NCBI RefSeq assembly: GCF_036321535.1
Contig: NC_087458.1
Span: forward strand, 14,136,001-14,200,000
DNA from: Camelus dromedarius
Lineage: Eukaryota
Direction: 5' to 3'
DNA length: 64,000 nucleotides
The notes below the pieces were generated by a model that did not search any database, was not told the DNA's origin, and worked only from the letters and a program-made list of their open reading frames with translations. The translations under genes and the position numbers were made by a program. Below, one piece after another: positions 38,461 through 51,344 of the stretch; positions within the stretch are counted from its first letter, which is position 1; each line of letters opens with the position of its first letter.

Positions 38461-40675
38461 ATGAAGCAGCAGCACGTGGAAAGACGAGAGGAGAGAGACA
38501 CCCAAAGCTGCTGCACCTGCGCAGACACCAGGTTAGGTGCCTTCGAGATCTAACAGGCGGGAGCTGGCACCTGGATCCCAGGTCATCATTCCTCCTTCCC
38601 TACTCTGTCTGTCTCGTGTGGCCAGAGCCCCCCAGATCTCCTTGGCCCCTGGTTACTTCCTGCCCCACCTCACTGGCCATGAGCCCCCTGGAGGAGCTAC
38701 CCTGCTTCTGGTCGCTCTCTCCCAGCAGCCCCTCTCCAATACCCTCCTCTCGCTGCGTCTGGATGGCGATGAGAGGCAGTGGCTGAGATAGGTGGGTTGA
38801 CGCTCTTCTCCGTCAGCCTCTTGGCTGGCTTGGGGTTTGTGTGGACTCAGAGCAATGGTGGGATGAGACAGAAGGCGGCCACCAGAGCTCAAACCCATTA
38901 GCTGCCTGGTCCCCAGTCCCGCAGCCCCAGCTGTCTTGTTCCATTAGGAGCAGCTCTGCTGAAGTGAGCACTTTAGAGCTGGGATTTACCAGGCGGCTGG
39001 CTGCTCCTGAGAACAGGAGAGAAACACACTTGGCTGGCCTGTCTTCCATCTGCAGACTCTCAGCCAAGGACCGAATGCATCCTGGATGCCCCGGAGCCAT
39101 CACGGAACATCAGGTCCCACATTTCTGAGCTGCTTTCAGCCCAAATTATTCCACTCAAGGCAGATATGTGGCCGACCGGCCAGGCTGCAGGCAGGCGCCC
39201 CTCTTCCAGGGACTGGATTCCTTCAAGTGGCATTTCTTTAATCTAATGAGGGTCTTTGTCGTGAAAAGCACAGTCTGGTCTTCCCACTTCCTCGCTGTGT
39301 GATCTCCACCAGGTGACTTCACTTAGCAACTCCGTTTTCTCGTCCACAGACTAGAGCAGTGGTTTTCAAGCTCAGAGCGTGTGTGCGGCAGGAGGCTGAG
39401 TAAGAAGGTGCCATATCTCCTGCCTTTGGTTCACCAGACCTGCTTTTACTCGACATATATTAGGCTTCCAAACATGCTTTCACTGGAAGAAAAGGCTTCA
39501 TGGCTTTTTTAAACCATTAAACAAGATGACCTATAAGGGCTGTTCTAGCACTAACATTTGCAATTTTTATCATCAGAGTATTCTCTATAAAATGCAAACA
39601 TCTGAAAGGATAACCATTCCATTATCAATTATCACTTGGGCGGGAATTATAAGGGACAGAACCCGGGTCAGGCAGCAGGGTCGGGAGAGACCAGCGAACA
39701 GACATCACACAAAAATGCAGCATGACACACACTCAGGAAAATGTGATCTAGACCATTCTGTCTGAAAACTGCATAAGTACTTTCCAATTATACATTTGGT
39801 GCTTCTGGAAAGTGCTCCCTCCACTTAGGTACTCCCCAGGGCAGGGACTGAGTCTTCCACATGTTTTAAATCTCCAGTGCTTAGTTCAATGAATGCGGTT
39901 GAAATGAACTTCTCTAGACCCTTTCAGCAACAAAGTACACACACCTGAACCAATGACCATCTAGGTGCATAACACATCATCTAGGCGTGAGAATGATTCG
40001 ACCACTTCACCACCACAGAGCATCTCAAGCACTTAAGAAGTGATTTTTCAAATCCACATCTCCTTGGATATTCATGAAAATCGCTGTAGGGTCATCAGGG
40101 CAGAATGCATTACCCCACAACAGAGAAGAAGGAACAGAGATAAATAAAAGTTACAGTGGTTTGCAAAAGGTGACACCGTCCCTTGCCTCCGGAGTATTGG
40201 TTCAGTCCTCTTTACTCCCCTAGATTGAAAATCCAACAAAAGCCAAAAGAGAAGCTCAAACCCCGGAAAGACAGAGCACGAACTAGGACACCCCGCCAGC
40301 CGCTCCCCCACTGGGCGCCTCCCTCCTCCCCTGGCCCGCAGACCGCACTCACCCCAGACCCAGGTCACGGAAGGAGCATGTTTCCCGTACAAATCCCACT
40401 CAGACCCAATCCTGGGCAAGAAAGGCAGGATGCACAGGAATAGTCAGCCCAGAGTGTCCAGAGTCCAGCTCACTGTGGCTAACACTGAAGGCACTAGATG
40501 TCCTGTGTCATCTAGTTAATTGGGCAAAGTGTCACGGCCGTGTCGTTCCAGAGCCCAAGCCCGCAACGCTGCTCGGTGTCTGGGCTTCACCAGCACTTGG
40601 CAAGCCTAATATAGCTCCCAAAGCCAAACTTGGCCTCTGCACACAGCCCAGTTGGCCAGGACCAGAGCTTTCAGC

Positions 40676-40688
40676 TGACCTTTCAACC
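40676..40688 (-). promoter_or_regulatory. DR1 GGTTGA-A-AGGTCA (gammaRXRE of the internal RXRgamma2 promoter)
   Basis: Exact match to the element I recall from the human RXRgamma2 promoter; lies in intron 2; CCAAT at 40763-40767 upstream. Confidence 0.8.
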
Positions 40689-42153
40689 CCAATCCCTCTG
40701 TACAGACATAGGGTCCAGGAATAGCGGCCCGGCCACTCACACGGCTATGAAGCTGAATTTTTATTGGCCAGGCTTGGCTCAATCAGATCGGAGTGTGGTT
40801 GCTAAAAGCAGCCTCGGAGGGCCTGTGCCCTTGCCCCCACCCCACCCACAAGCCCTGTCACTGTCTATCACCTCACCCTGTTTTATTTCTTCATGGATAC
40901 ACTGATTGCCGTTTGAAACTATCTCGTTGGTTCGTTTGCATTTTGCCTGTCCTGTGTGCTACAGAGTGATCTCCAGGAGAGTAAAGACTTATTCAGTGCG
41001 TATCCCCAGACCCTAGGGCAGTGTCAAACAGTCTGCTACGGAGTAGGTCCTGCTAAGTCATTATTTGAGTGAATGTGAATGCCCTTTGCAAAATTTTACT
41101 TTTGTCCCAGAACTTCGACCTCTCTTTCAGTCTGTGTTAGCTTTGACCTGCCTGCCTGGAATCCATTCACCTGAAAGAAAATGAACAAAACAAATCTCTT
41201 CAGGGTCCCACATTCTGAAGGGTAGCGTATTGCCAGCTCTGCTGATGACGGTGGGTGAGAGTGGTGTAAACACTTGCCCCTCCCCACCACTGTCCGCGCC
41301 CCACTCCTCTGAGCGGTTGACACCCGCATGGAACACGTGACTGGGAAGTCCACAGGTCCCGTTCTGTACCCCTTCGGTTCAGAACATTGCAGTTCATCGG
41401 CAAGGTGTCCCACGTCCCCCACGAGACTCCGGAGGAGCATCGATGACTCCTCTTTTACTCCTTGGCAACCAACAAGAAGATCTCATGGGGATGTCGGGAG
41501 ACTTGGGGTCTAACCCTGGCTCTGGTGTGACTAGTTTATGAGATTGGACACAGCACCTGAGCCCACTGAGCCTACCCACTTGGGCAGAATTAGTGGGTCT
41601 CAGCTGGGCAAGTTTTCTTTTCTCCCTGGGTTTCCACAGTCTTCGCTTCTATCTCAGAGACAGCACGGTTGTAACACACTCTGCCTTGTTCTAGCTTTAG
41701 CCATGTCCCACACCTGCCTATTTCCCCTCTCAGCTGTAAGCTCTTGGACCACATCTAGATCATTTTGGTATCCTCTGCAGCATGTAGTAAAGCACCGGGC
41801 ACTTAACTGACTCGAAAAATATCCAATATTGAATCAAGAAGAATCAAGGCGGTCCACCCCATGGAAGACAGACAGACCCAAGAGACGCTGAAGTCACAGC
41901 CAGGGCTGAACCGTTGAAACCACAGGGGTGGCTCCCTTTTGGCCACAGTCCCCTAGACCTTGAGGCATCGTCAGTTCTCTGGGGCTGCTCTGCCTAAGGA
42001 CACACTCAGTGAAGGCCCTACAGGAGGGAATTCTGCAGAGACAACCCAGTCCCTTCAGGAAGCACACAGTAAGCACCTGCTGAGTGCCAGCGCCACGCCA
42101 GGAGCAGCCTGGCTGAGATGGCGGGAGAGTGCTCGGCGAGGACAGACACCTAC

Positions 42154-42401
42154 CTGAGAGCTGGGCGGGGCAACCAAGTTGATTCCTGGAGGGGCTGCCA
42201 GCGCTCCTGACGGTGGGCCCATGGCAGAAGTGATGACTCGATACGGAGAGCCCAGGGCATTGAGGGGGGTCCCCACCGCACTCAGAGTCCGTGGGGCACT
42301 CACTGGGGTGTCCGTGTAGCTGGGGTGGCTGTCCATTGGCTTCCCTGTAGATAAGGCTGCCGATGGGCTCATGGATGTGGAGCCAGAGTGGCCGGGGGAG
42401 C
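42154..42401 (-). CDS. RXRG: RXRG coding exon 2 (A/B domain, 248 nt)
   Basis: tccttacag|GCTCC...TCTCAG|gtaggt; encodes [13 protein letters not shown]...VAPPSSQ. Confidence 0.98.
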
Positions 42402-43713
42402 CTGTAAGGAGAAGATCATAGGTGACGGGAGGCCAGGGGAGCACAGGGATGGTACGTGAGGACAGAGCCCCTCCTTTGGTTTTCTGTATCCCTTCCCTCC
42501 TTCCAGCCACACCTGCAAACATGTGACCCCCAAGAACGACTGGAATAAAGGCATGCAAAGACCAGAGAGAGGGAAGGGCCTGTTGCAGGACAGAAATACT
42601 TACTGATGCCTGAGTTCTCTGGTGCACAGCATGGGATTCACCTTGAATTGTGTCAGATCAACCGCCAGGACCACGGCGGGGGGAACCCACAGGTCCCCCG
42701 ACCTGGGTGACTGTAACCTGAGCCAGCCAGACAGGGAAGCTGAGTCAAAACCAAACCCCTGGGAGCGGGTGGTGGAGTGAGCAGGTGCCCAGGCTGCTCC
42801 AGAATCCCCTGCCTCAGACTCATATTGCTCTGCGAACTGGGGCAGGACTGAGCCTGCAAAGTGTGGAGACATTCACTCACTCACATGTAACAAACGCCTA
42901 TCAAGGTACAGGTACCACGTCAGGTGCTAGGGATTCAGGACCGAGGAGAACACAGTTCCTGCTGTCAGGAACACACTCCACAACCACCATGGGGAAGGCA
43001 GGGGCTGTTTTCATGTCCTCGACTGCCTGTACCTTCTGCAGCTTTATGCCTATAAGGTTCTTGTCCTGCCAGCCTCTACAGCGCAGGGTTAATCAATGCT
43101 CAGGTAAGGAGACTCGAGATGGCCAGGCCTGGCTCACAGCAGCCGGGAAAGCAAGTGCAGACGGGCCCGCCCAGACCGCTTCTGCCTCTGGGCATAAAGA
43201 GCTGCAGCCACAAGTGTCAGTGGACATGGACCGTTCTCTCCAGAAGAGAGGAGCTCAGAGTCTGCTCGGGGTAAACCTCAGGGTCTGCAGCAGCAGGGAC
43301 GGGGAAAACCCCAGGGCAGCCCATCCTGAACCACAGTGCTGGATCCCTGTGTGGCTGGAACGCAAGAATAGATTCAAAGAAAACACGTGCTAGACTCTGC
43401 CACGGCACCCGTGTTGCCCTTATGGGGGGACCATGAGAAGACTGATGGCAGAGGCGGTCAGTACGCATGGCCTGCTGGAGACGCCATCCAGTTCTCCACT
43501 GGAGCCCTACACTGTGCCAGACCGATAGGATGCTGAGTGGTAAGTCCCATGCCTGACCTTAGTTGGTTTGCTGCTGGTTCAAGGAATATCTCTTGAGTGC
43601 CTTCTACATGCAGAGCGCTATCTTAAGCCTTTTGGAAACCTCAGTGGCTCTAAGTGCTCTCTACCTTCTGGAGAGGAGCATGGAGCATCAGAGGTGTAAC
43701 TGTGGAGTTGTTC

Positions 43714-44150
43714 TTTTTCTTTCTTTCTTTCTTTCTTTTGTACATATATTTTTTTTTATTTGAAGTATATAGTCAGTTTACAGTGTTGTGTCAATTTCTG
43801 GTGTACATCACAATGCTTCAGTCATATATGAACATACATATATTTATTTTCATATTCTTTTTCACCATAAGTTACTACCAGATACTGAATATGTTTCCCT
43901 GTGCTATTACAGTATAATCTTGCTGTTCATCTATTTTATATATATTAGTATCTGCAAATCTTGAACTCCCAGTTTATCCTTTCCTACCCTCTTCCTCCAC
44001 CCAATAACCATGAGTTTGTTTTCTATGTCTGTGAGTCTGTTTCTGTTTTGTAAATAAGTTCATTTGTCTTTTTTTCAGATTCCACATATAAGTGATATCA
44101 CATGGTATTTTCTTTCTCTTTCTGGCTTACTTCACTTAGAATGACAATCT
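43714..44150 (-). mobile_element. Young L1 3' end in intron 1 (sense to RXRG) with (TTTC)n tail
   Basis: L1 3' motifs; probable TSD tgtggagttgttc (43701-43713) / tgtggggctgttc (44151-44163). Confidence 0.88.
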
Positions 44151-45833
44151 TGTGGGGCTGTTCCTACACAGAAATATCCCCCTGGAAAAATGTCAGCCTG
44201 GAGTTGCCCCTGGAGCTCCTATGAGTTGAGCTAAGGCTGACTCGTGGAGAGAACCATCACTCCCGAGTCCGAGGAGGCAGCGACCTCTAGCTGTTGTACC
44301 TGGAAGTTTCAGTCTATCAGAGACACTTATCTCATAAACGGATGAGTCCCAATCACCACAAATGAGGTGAACCACATGCTGTGGGTCCAGAGAGAAGTGG
44401 CAAAAGGGTTCAGATGGACACATGAGAACTTTCTCATCTGTCCTGAATAGCATCAGGCAATTTCCGTATGTTAACTCATTTTATCCTGTAACTAAGCCTG
44501 AGAGGATCACTCCAGCCTTTTACAGGTGAGGTAATGTAGGCCCAGCCTCACCCCCATGCTGCTCCCAGTTCCGGATGACTTGCCTATACCTCCTTTGTCT
44601 AGCAAGTTCTGATTGACCCTTCAAGGGCTAAATCAAGTATCACCTCCTCCAGGAAGCCGTCCCTGGTTTTCCCAGGCGGTTTTCCTTTGATGCTCTTTTC
44701 TGTTTTCTAACTAACAGTCTGTTTCTTTCTTTGTATTTTCCACTAAACTGAGAGGGAGGGAAGAAAAGTGTCTCTTTCTGTATCCTCACCACTAGCACAG
44801 TACTTGGCATTATTAGCTGGGTAGTAAGTGGCAGAGCCTAGATTCAAACTGTCGGTCTGGAGCCCATGCTCTCTCCTGTGTGCTCTGTCAAAGACAGCAG
44901 AGATGTTTTTGGAGAGCCATCACATCACAAAGTACAAGATGACTCAATTATGAAGTGATCTCAAGCTGAAAGTTCATCTGAAGGAGAGACAAGAGGGCAG
45001 CTTCCAGAAACTCAAGCCAGAGGAACCAAAAATCTTCCCAGACGGCCACTGAGTAGAAAGAACAATTTTAGACTCTTCTGAGGCCCTGGAAGGCTGTGAC
45101 ATTTAAAGAGGCCAATGTACACCTTGAGCCTGTCACCAAGATAACATGTGACAGGTGAGTTAGGAGCCAGCCCGACTTGATGGGCGAGGAGCCGTGAACT
45201 TGGCCGGGACGACAGCTGTCCTTCCCCACAGCCAAGCCATCTGAAGGAAACCGACTTTCCCTTCCGGCATCGGCTTTCCGAAAAACGGACCAAAGGGCCC
45301 TGCAACTCTCCCTCTTCCTCTGCTTTAAATGGATCTCAGACAGACTGTGCCTATCACTTCTGCGTCCCCAGGCTGAAGCCCTGTGCCTGACACCAGAGCC
45401 ATGGGACGGACAGGAACAAGATTTTGCTTCAAGCATTCATCAACCCGAGAGTTCCCAAGGTGTGGAATCCGCAACGCCAATGGTAAGGGACGTTTTAGGT
45501 GATATTTTAAGTGGTATGTAGGCAAACTTTAAAGAAAATTAATAATTTAAATTTATTTTTACTGTCTCCTGTTTATAGCAAGTGACTGGCCTTCCATTTT
45601 CGTATAAAATTATCTTCCTAAAAAATCACTATTTAAGTTTTCAAAAAAAAAGGAAATTGACCTCAGAAAAATTCTAAATACAAGTATATGATGAAAATAA
45701 TATGCAAAGGAAGATGTTTAAGAAACACAAACTGTGCAAAAATATATAAATATGGACTTGGGAGAACTCACAAGTTGTTTCCAGAACAAAATGAGATGAT
45801 ATGAGAGAGGTTTAGAATTTAAAGTGAATTGTT

Positions 45834-46633
45834 CTTAACGATAAATGCTGGAGAAGGTTTGGAGAACAAGGACCCATCCTACACTGTTAGAGGGAAGGTA
45901 GTTTGGTGCAGCCATTATGGAAAACAGTATGGAGATTCCTGAAAAAACTAAAAATAGACTTACCCTATGATCCAGCAATTCCACTCCTGGGTATATACCC
46001 AGAGGGAACTCTAACTGGAAAAGATACANNNNNNNNNNNNNNNNNNNNNNNNNNNNNNNNNNNNNNNNNNNNNNNNNNNNNNNNNNNNNNNNNNNNNNNN
46101 NNNNNNNNNNNNNNNNNNNNNNNNNNNNNNNNNNNNNNNNNNNNNNNNNNNNNNNNNNNNNNNNNNNNNNNNNNNNNNNNNNNNNNNNNNNNNNNNNNNN
46201 NNNNNNNNNNNNNNNNNNNNNNNNNNNNNNNNNNNNNNNNAAGAAAAATACCATATAACATCACTTATATGTAGAATCTTTAAAAAAAGAGAGAGAGAGA
46301 AAGACAAATGAACTTATTTACAAGACAGAAACAGACTCATAGACATAGAAAATGAACTTATGGTTACCAGGGGGTGAAGGGGGGTGGGAAGGGCTAAACT
46401 GGGAGTTCAAGATTTGCAGATACTAACTACTAAATATGGAATAGATAAACAACAAGTTTCTACTGTATAACACAGGGAACTAACTATATTCAATGTCTTG
46501 TAGTGACCTATAATGAAAAGGAATATGTGTATGTATGTGTATGACAAACACATGCTTACATCAGAAACAGACACATTGTAAACTGCCTATACTTCGATTT
46601 TTAAAATAATCAATAAAAAGAAGGCAAAAAAAA
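45834..46633 (+). mobile_element. Young L1 (ORF2 tail + 3'UTR) spanning a gap
   Basis: VQPLWKTVWRFLKKLKIDLPYDPAIPLLGIYP is the L1 ORF2 C-terminus; TSD ttaaagtgaattgtt (45819-45833) / ttaaagtgcattgtt (46634-46648). Confidence 0.93.
46029..46240. other. Assembly gap (212 N)
   Basis: N run inside a young L1. Confidence 1.
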
Positions 46634-47789
46634 TTAAAGTGCATTGTTTTTATCATTATTAATAATAATACAAATTAAAACAATCAGAATATGGCTTGAC
46701 TGCTCAGTGAGGATGGCACATTGCTGAAGCAGAATGAAACAGCCAAAGTTTGGTTTGCAATGGCCTTGAAAATGTGCTCTGTTTCTGCTGAATCAATGAC
46801 CCAGAAGAGATGGGCTACTTTATAATCATATTTTTTAAATAAAATCCAAAAAGACAAATGCATCTTACACAAATGCATTTTGGTTCTTTGGTTCTCACAG
46901 TGACCCAGTGTTTCTTAGAAATAAATAGCCTTGCTTTTAGAAAAGGTGGTAAACAATCCTTGTAACAACGGAAGTGTTTCTCAATGGAAAATTAATCCAT
47001 TCTCACAAAGAGACACTAAAGTATGCCTGTCTATGACATTTTTATTAGCCTCTTTTGCTCTCACTCCTTTTTTTTTTTTCCAGAGCCATGTGGGAACTAC
47101 AGCCGGCACAGGTTTTCCAGAAACCTGGTTTCTAGTCCAAATCCAAAGTCAAGTTTTTCTCTAATTCTTCCCTCGAGTCCCTTCAGCCCAATTCTCCCAG
47201 CCTCTGCAGCCCATCAGCCTTGCTGTCAGACGCCTGGGATATGCACAAATTAACTTATCTGATGGGAGAGGGCTGGTCAACTTCCACAGGAGCTTCTTTT
47301 CCCTCCTGGCAACGTATCTAAGAAATGCCCTCCATATTCCGGAACCTCCTTCTCCCTAGTAAGGAGCCACATGCAGTGGCTTCTAAGATCCCCTCCAGCA
47401 CTGTTCCTTGAACATTAAGGTGGGTAGAGTATGGCTCACTGGCCTCCAAAAGAAGGATGTGCAGGTGGCACGTGGTCTGGAATGGCCTGAGTCTGGACCA
47501 CTTGCCAAGGGGCCCCTGTTATCATCTGGACCACTGCCAGGGAGCCCCGTCATCCATCATCATCATCGGCTGGACTGTGTTAGCCCTCCGGGCTATTTGG
47601 GATTCCAAATTGTGGTTTGAGATGCCGAAAGTGTCCAAAGCTGTTAGGGAATCTCCTGGGGGCATACACTATAATGATTTCTGAAGCCTACGTGTGCCTT
47701 ATGTGGGCATCAGTCCACGTGGAATGCAAGATTCTGAAGCCCCAAAATCCTAGGCTGGATCGGGGATGCACTACTTCCCAATCATGCAA

Positions 47790-47880
47790 ACTTGAGCCAG
47801 GAACTTGACCTCTCTGAACCTCTCACCTATAAACGGAGATATACACGCCTATCTCAGGGGTGCTGAGAGCATCTGAGACC
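47790..47880 (+). mobile_element. MIR core fragment containing a DR3
   Basis: acttgacctctctgaacctc...cacgcctatctcagggg. Confidence 0.65.
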
Positions 47881-48493
47881 ACTGGCCCAGAAGTAGCAGC
47901 TGCAATTACTTACCATACTGTCAACGTTGTGAGGGAGGTCTGTGTCTGGCTTGAATACCATCATAGAAGATTATGTAAGTAAAGGGTTTAACCCAAGCCA
48001 TGCTGGTAGGAAATGCTCTATTAAGGACAGTCACTACCACAAACTGGTATGGGCACACTAGTTGTTTATATATTAAATTTTCCGAATTGGTTGGCTAATA
48101 GCCACTTCTCTGAGCCCAGAGCGCCCTTCCATCATTCCAGCCACCCCAACCCTTCCATGAGGGCCCTCCAAATCTCCCCCTAATCCAGCCTGGCACAAAG
48201 AGATGTCCATGCTAACTTCCATTCTGAATGCCTGGTACCCTACTGGCTGTCACATATCTTAAATTTCACCACCTTGCTATTAGCACTTATCATTACGGTA
48301 TCCAGCACTGTGCCTGGAATGCAGTAGATGCTTAAAAAATATTTGTTGACTGACCAATGACTGGAATAGGGTTTTTTTGTTAATTAATGTGTATAACTGT
48401 ATAAAGAGTCCATCAGTGGAAATTATTTGCATAAGAAATCTATGTCCTGGATGTTTACAAAAACCAAAATCTCTGATATCTCTAGATAACAAA

Positions 48494-48495
<2 letters not shown>

Positions 48496-48539
<44 letters not shown>
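48496..48539. repeat. (TG)22 microsatellite
   Basis: Perfect dinucleotide run, counted directly. Confidence 0.95.
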
Positions 48540-48540
<1 letters not shown>

Positions 48541-48611
48541 TGAGGGGGTACTTATTGAGAAAGAGAAGCTCAGGTACTTAAGAACTAGAGAATGCTTACC
48601 AAGGCGAGGGA

Positions 48612-48676
48612 GTTGCCTAGCAACCTCACCCGCAGCCAATGAACGTAAAATGTCAAGCACGCGTCTTCCTGATTGG
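48612..48676. promoter_or_regulatory. RFX X-box plus two CCAAT boxes
   Basis: GTTGCCTAGCAAC 48612-48624; agCCAATga 48636-48640; tgATTGGct 48672-48676. Confidence 0.55.
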
Positions 48677-49179
48677 CTAGACAAGGGAGCAAATGGCTCG
48701 GTGTTCCCACCCCTTTACTGCTGTGCCTGGGAGAGTTCATTGTCCCATCATCAGGATGGAAACTTATGAAGAATCTCTAATGTTGGTTAACACCCACCCA
48801 CAGGGAAGGGGAGAGAGGTTAAAAACAAAACAAAACAAAACAAAAACTTGCCCTAAGAGTCAGGACTCTCCATTTGAAGTTAAGGGAACATCACGGGGCC
48901 CTATCCCAATCCACTGTCTCCCACGGTGGGCACACTCTCGCACCCAACCTGCCTCTTTTTCTCCAATGGAGGGGTGTGGTGCATAAGCCCAAGAATCACA
49001 GAATATTCAGACACCTGGCTTGTTCCTCCTAGTCTAAGGGAAACTCATCCACACATCCTTTCCCTGCCTGGCTCGTAATACACAGACAGGCTGCAAGGGA
49101 GATAGGCAGGCGCCTGCCACATGAAGGCACTTAATTGACACTTAAATGTCATCTCCTCTGCTAAGTAACAACAACAGGT

Positions 49180-49400
49180 AAGATTTATTAAGCAATTGCT
49201 GTGAGCCAGACATGGTTCTAAACATTTTACATATATGGACTCATTTCATCCCGGCAAACCCCTTTGAGGTTGGTTCTCTCATCCCTATTGTACAAATGCA
49301 ACAACTGGGGGAGAGAGAAATTAAATAAGTCGCTCAAGAGAACATGGCTAGCAAATTATCCAAGTGGCATTTCATTCTAGGGGGAAAGCAGCAGGCCCGG
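49180..49400 (-). mobile_element. MIR
   Basis: atttattaagcaattgctgtgagccagac...ctcatttcatcc...cccattttac-like core. Confidence 0.75.
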
Positions 49401-51344
49401 ATTTTAATCCCTGCCCCACTGTACACCACGCAGCTGTGCCTCTGGCCCTAGCAGTTACTCGGGATGGCGCTTCCTTCAAGCCTCCCTGGGCACAGTTTCT
49501 GTCCCCACCCCTGGCCTCCCTCAGGGTTTTGACTCTGGTATTTTGTGACCAGGACACTCCCTATCTGGCTCCAGCCCCTCACATCAAACCCCAGCTCTGG
49601 TTCCCTTCATCGAGGGTCCCAACTCAGCCCAGCCTTCTCCCTGCTCTTCTTTCCACAAAAGGGGCAATCGGATGCCGAGGATTTGCTAACATGCATTTCT
49701 CATATTTAAACTGCTATTGGCTCTTTCAAAAGCACTTTCGCATACATATCGGAGCCACGCAGCCACCCTGAGATTGGACAGGAAGGTGTTTTACAGGCGC
49801 GGAGTTCCACATTTTAACAGATGTAGACACCAAGACATTAGCTGAATTCCTAGGGAATGAGAAGCAGAAGTAAGGAGCCGCGTCTTTTCATGGGAAGCCT
49901 TCTCTGCTACCCTTTCTGGCTTTCTCGGTGGGGAAAATGAAGAAACGTGGTGGAAGTGGAGAGTGTGTGGGAACAGAGACACGCCTTCCGCCCCCCGGGG
50001 CTCACCCCCTTCGCCTCTCAGCAGGAACACGAGGACACAAAGATGCAGCAGCTGATGGGCCAACCCGGCTGTGTGCAGCCCTGACCAGCCGGCCAGCCTT
50101 TCTGAGCTGACACAGGGCAGCTCCACCTGATTCCTGCAGTCCCCAAAGGAGGGCTGGCTGGCTTTTCGGGATGAGAGCTGGAGGTTGCTTCTTCCAGCGC
50201 CTGGATGAGGGGGAGGGGGAGATTGGCATCCCTTCCTCTCCTCCACTCCCCCCTCCATTCCTCCCTTCTCCCTCCACCCCCGCCCCCTCCCCTAAAATCT
50301 GTAACGATGGAGGTAGTGAAAAGCAGGCACAGACTGATCATCAGCCTCATTATTACCGGCATTATATATAATTATAGCAAAACCTCACTCATTTGGATCA
50401 ATTGAGAGAAAAATCAGTCTAAATTCGTGACAAGTTGGCAGATTACTTTTAAATTACAATTTTATTGCTTCTAAGTAACACACGTGAAGAGTTTGTGTTT
50501 CAAGTACCACAAGCTAATGGTTATTAAGTGGGGATTTTATAAAATCTGCTTTAAAAGACTTTCATAATTAACACCCCGTTACTATGCTAATGAGGTTCCT
50601 ACCACGCTGGCTTTATAAACTGCTCAAAAACTAGTGTACCTTAAGGAGGCACAACACTTCTACAATCTTATTTGCTTGGCAAACCTTATTTCTTCTTATT
50701 TTTTCATGAATGAACAAATACAAACTAGTTCCTGCCATGATCAATTTAACCACCATTCCATATTAATTATGTCATAAATTAATAAGGTCGTATTGTTTAG
50801 GGGAAGAAACCAGACTTTCAGGACCTGAAGAACCACCTCATTTGATACAAGAGAAACTATTTCCAGGGGAGTGGCATGACTTGGTCAGGCCCCACAGTCA
50901 GGACAAACACACCGGGTCTGCTCAGGTCCACACTTACTATATCCACAACATACCGTCTTACATTCATAAAACGCTTTATAATTATCTGCTGTGTGTTTCC
51001 ATATCAATGACTGGTTCAATCAGCCAAGAAATATCTGTTGAGGCCCTATTGTGTGCCAGGCTCAGTGCTAGGCACTGCGGACACAGCAGTCCCTCCTGGA
51101 GGCCACTGTCTATTTCATTCAAGCATCAAACTGACTCTGAGTAGTCGTTGGTAGGGCAGGAATTATCCCCGTTATGAGACAGGAAGTGGGCAGGGCACAG
51201 CCATTCAAGGAATGCTACAGCAATTAACATCAAAATGGTGAAAGATTCAACCCCCAGTAGGCCTTGAGGCTCAGGATGATGGGAGATTTAACTTCTAGTA
51301 GATCTTGAGCTTCATTAGATGCTCATTGTAATACATTAGCATGG

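Noticed and set aside
42785-43393. 202-aa plus-strand ORF in intron 1
   Set aside because: No recognisable domain; partly L2-derived; consistent with a chance ORF in GC-rich DNA.
36911-46307. Long ORFs containing X runs
   Set aside because: Artefacts of the two N gaps; the only real peptide is an L1 ORF2 tail at 45903.
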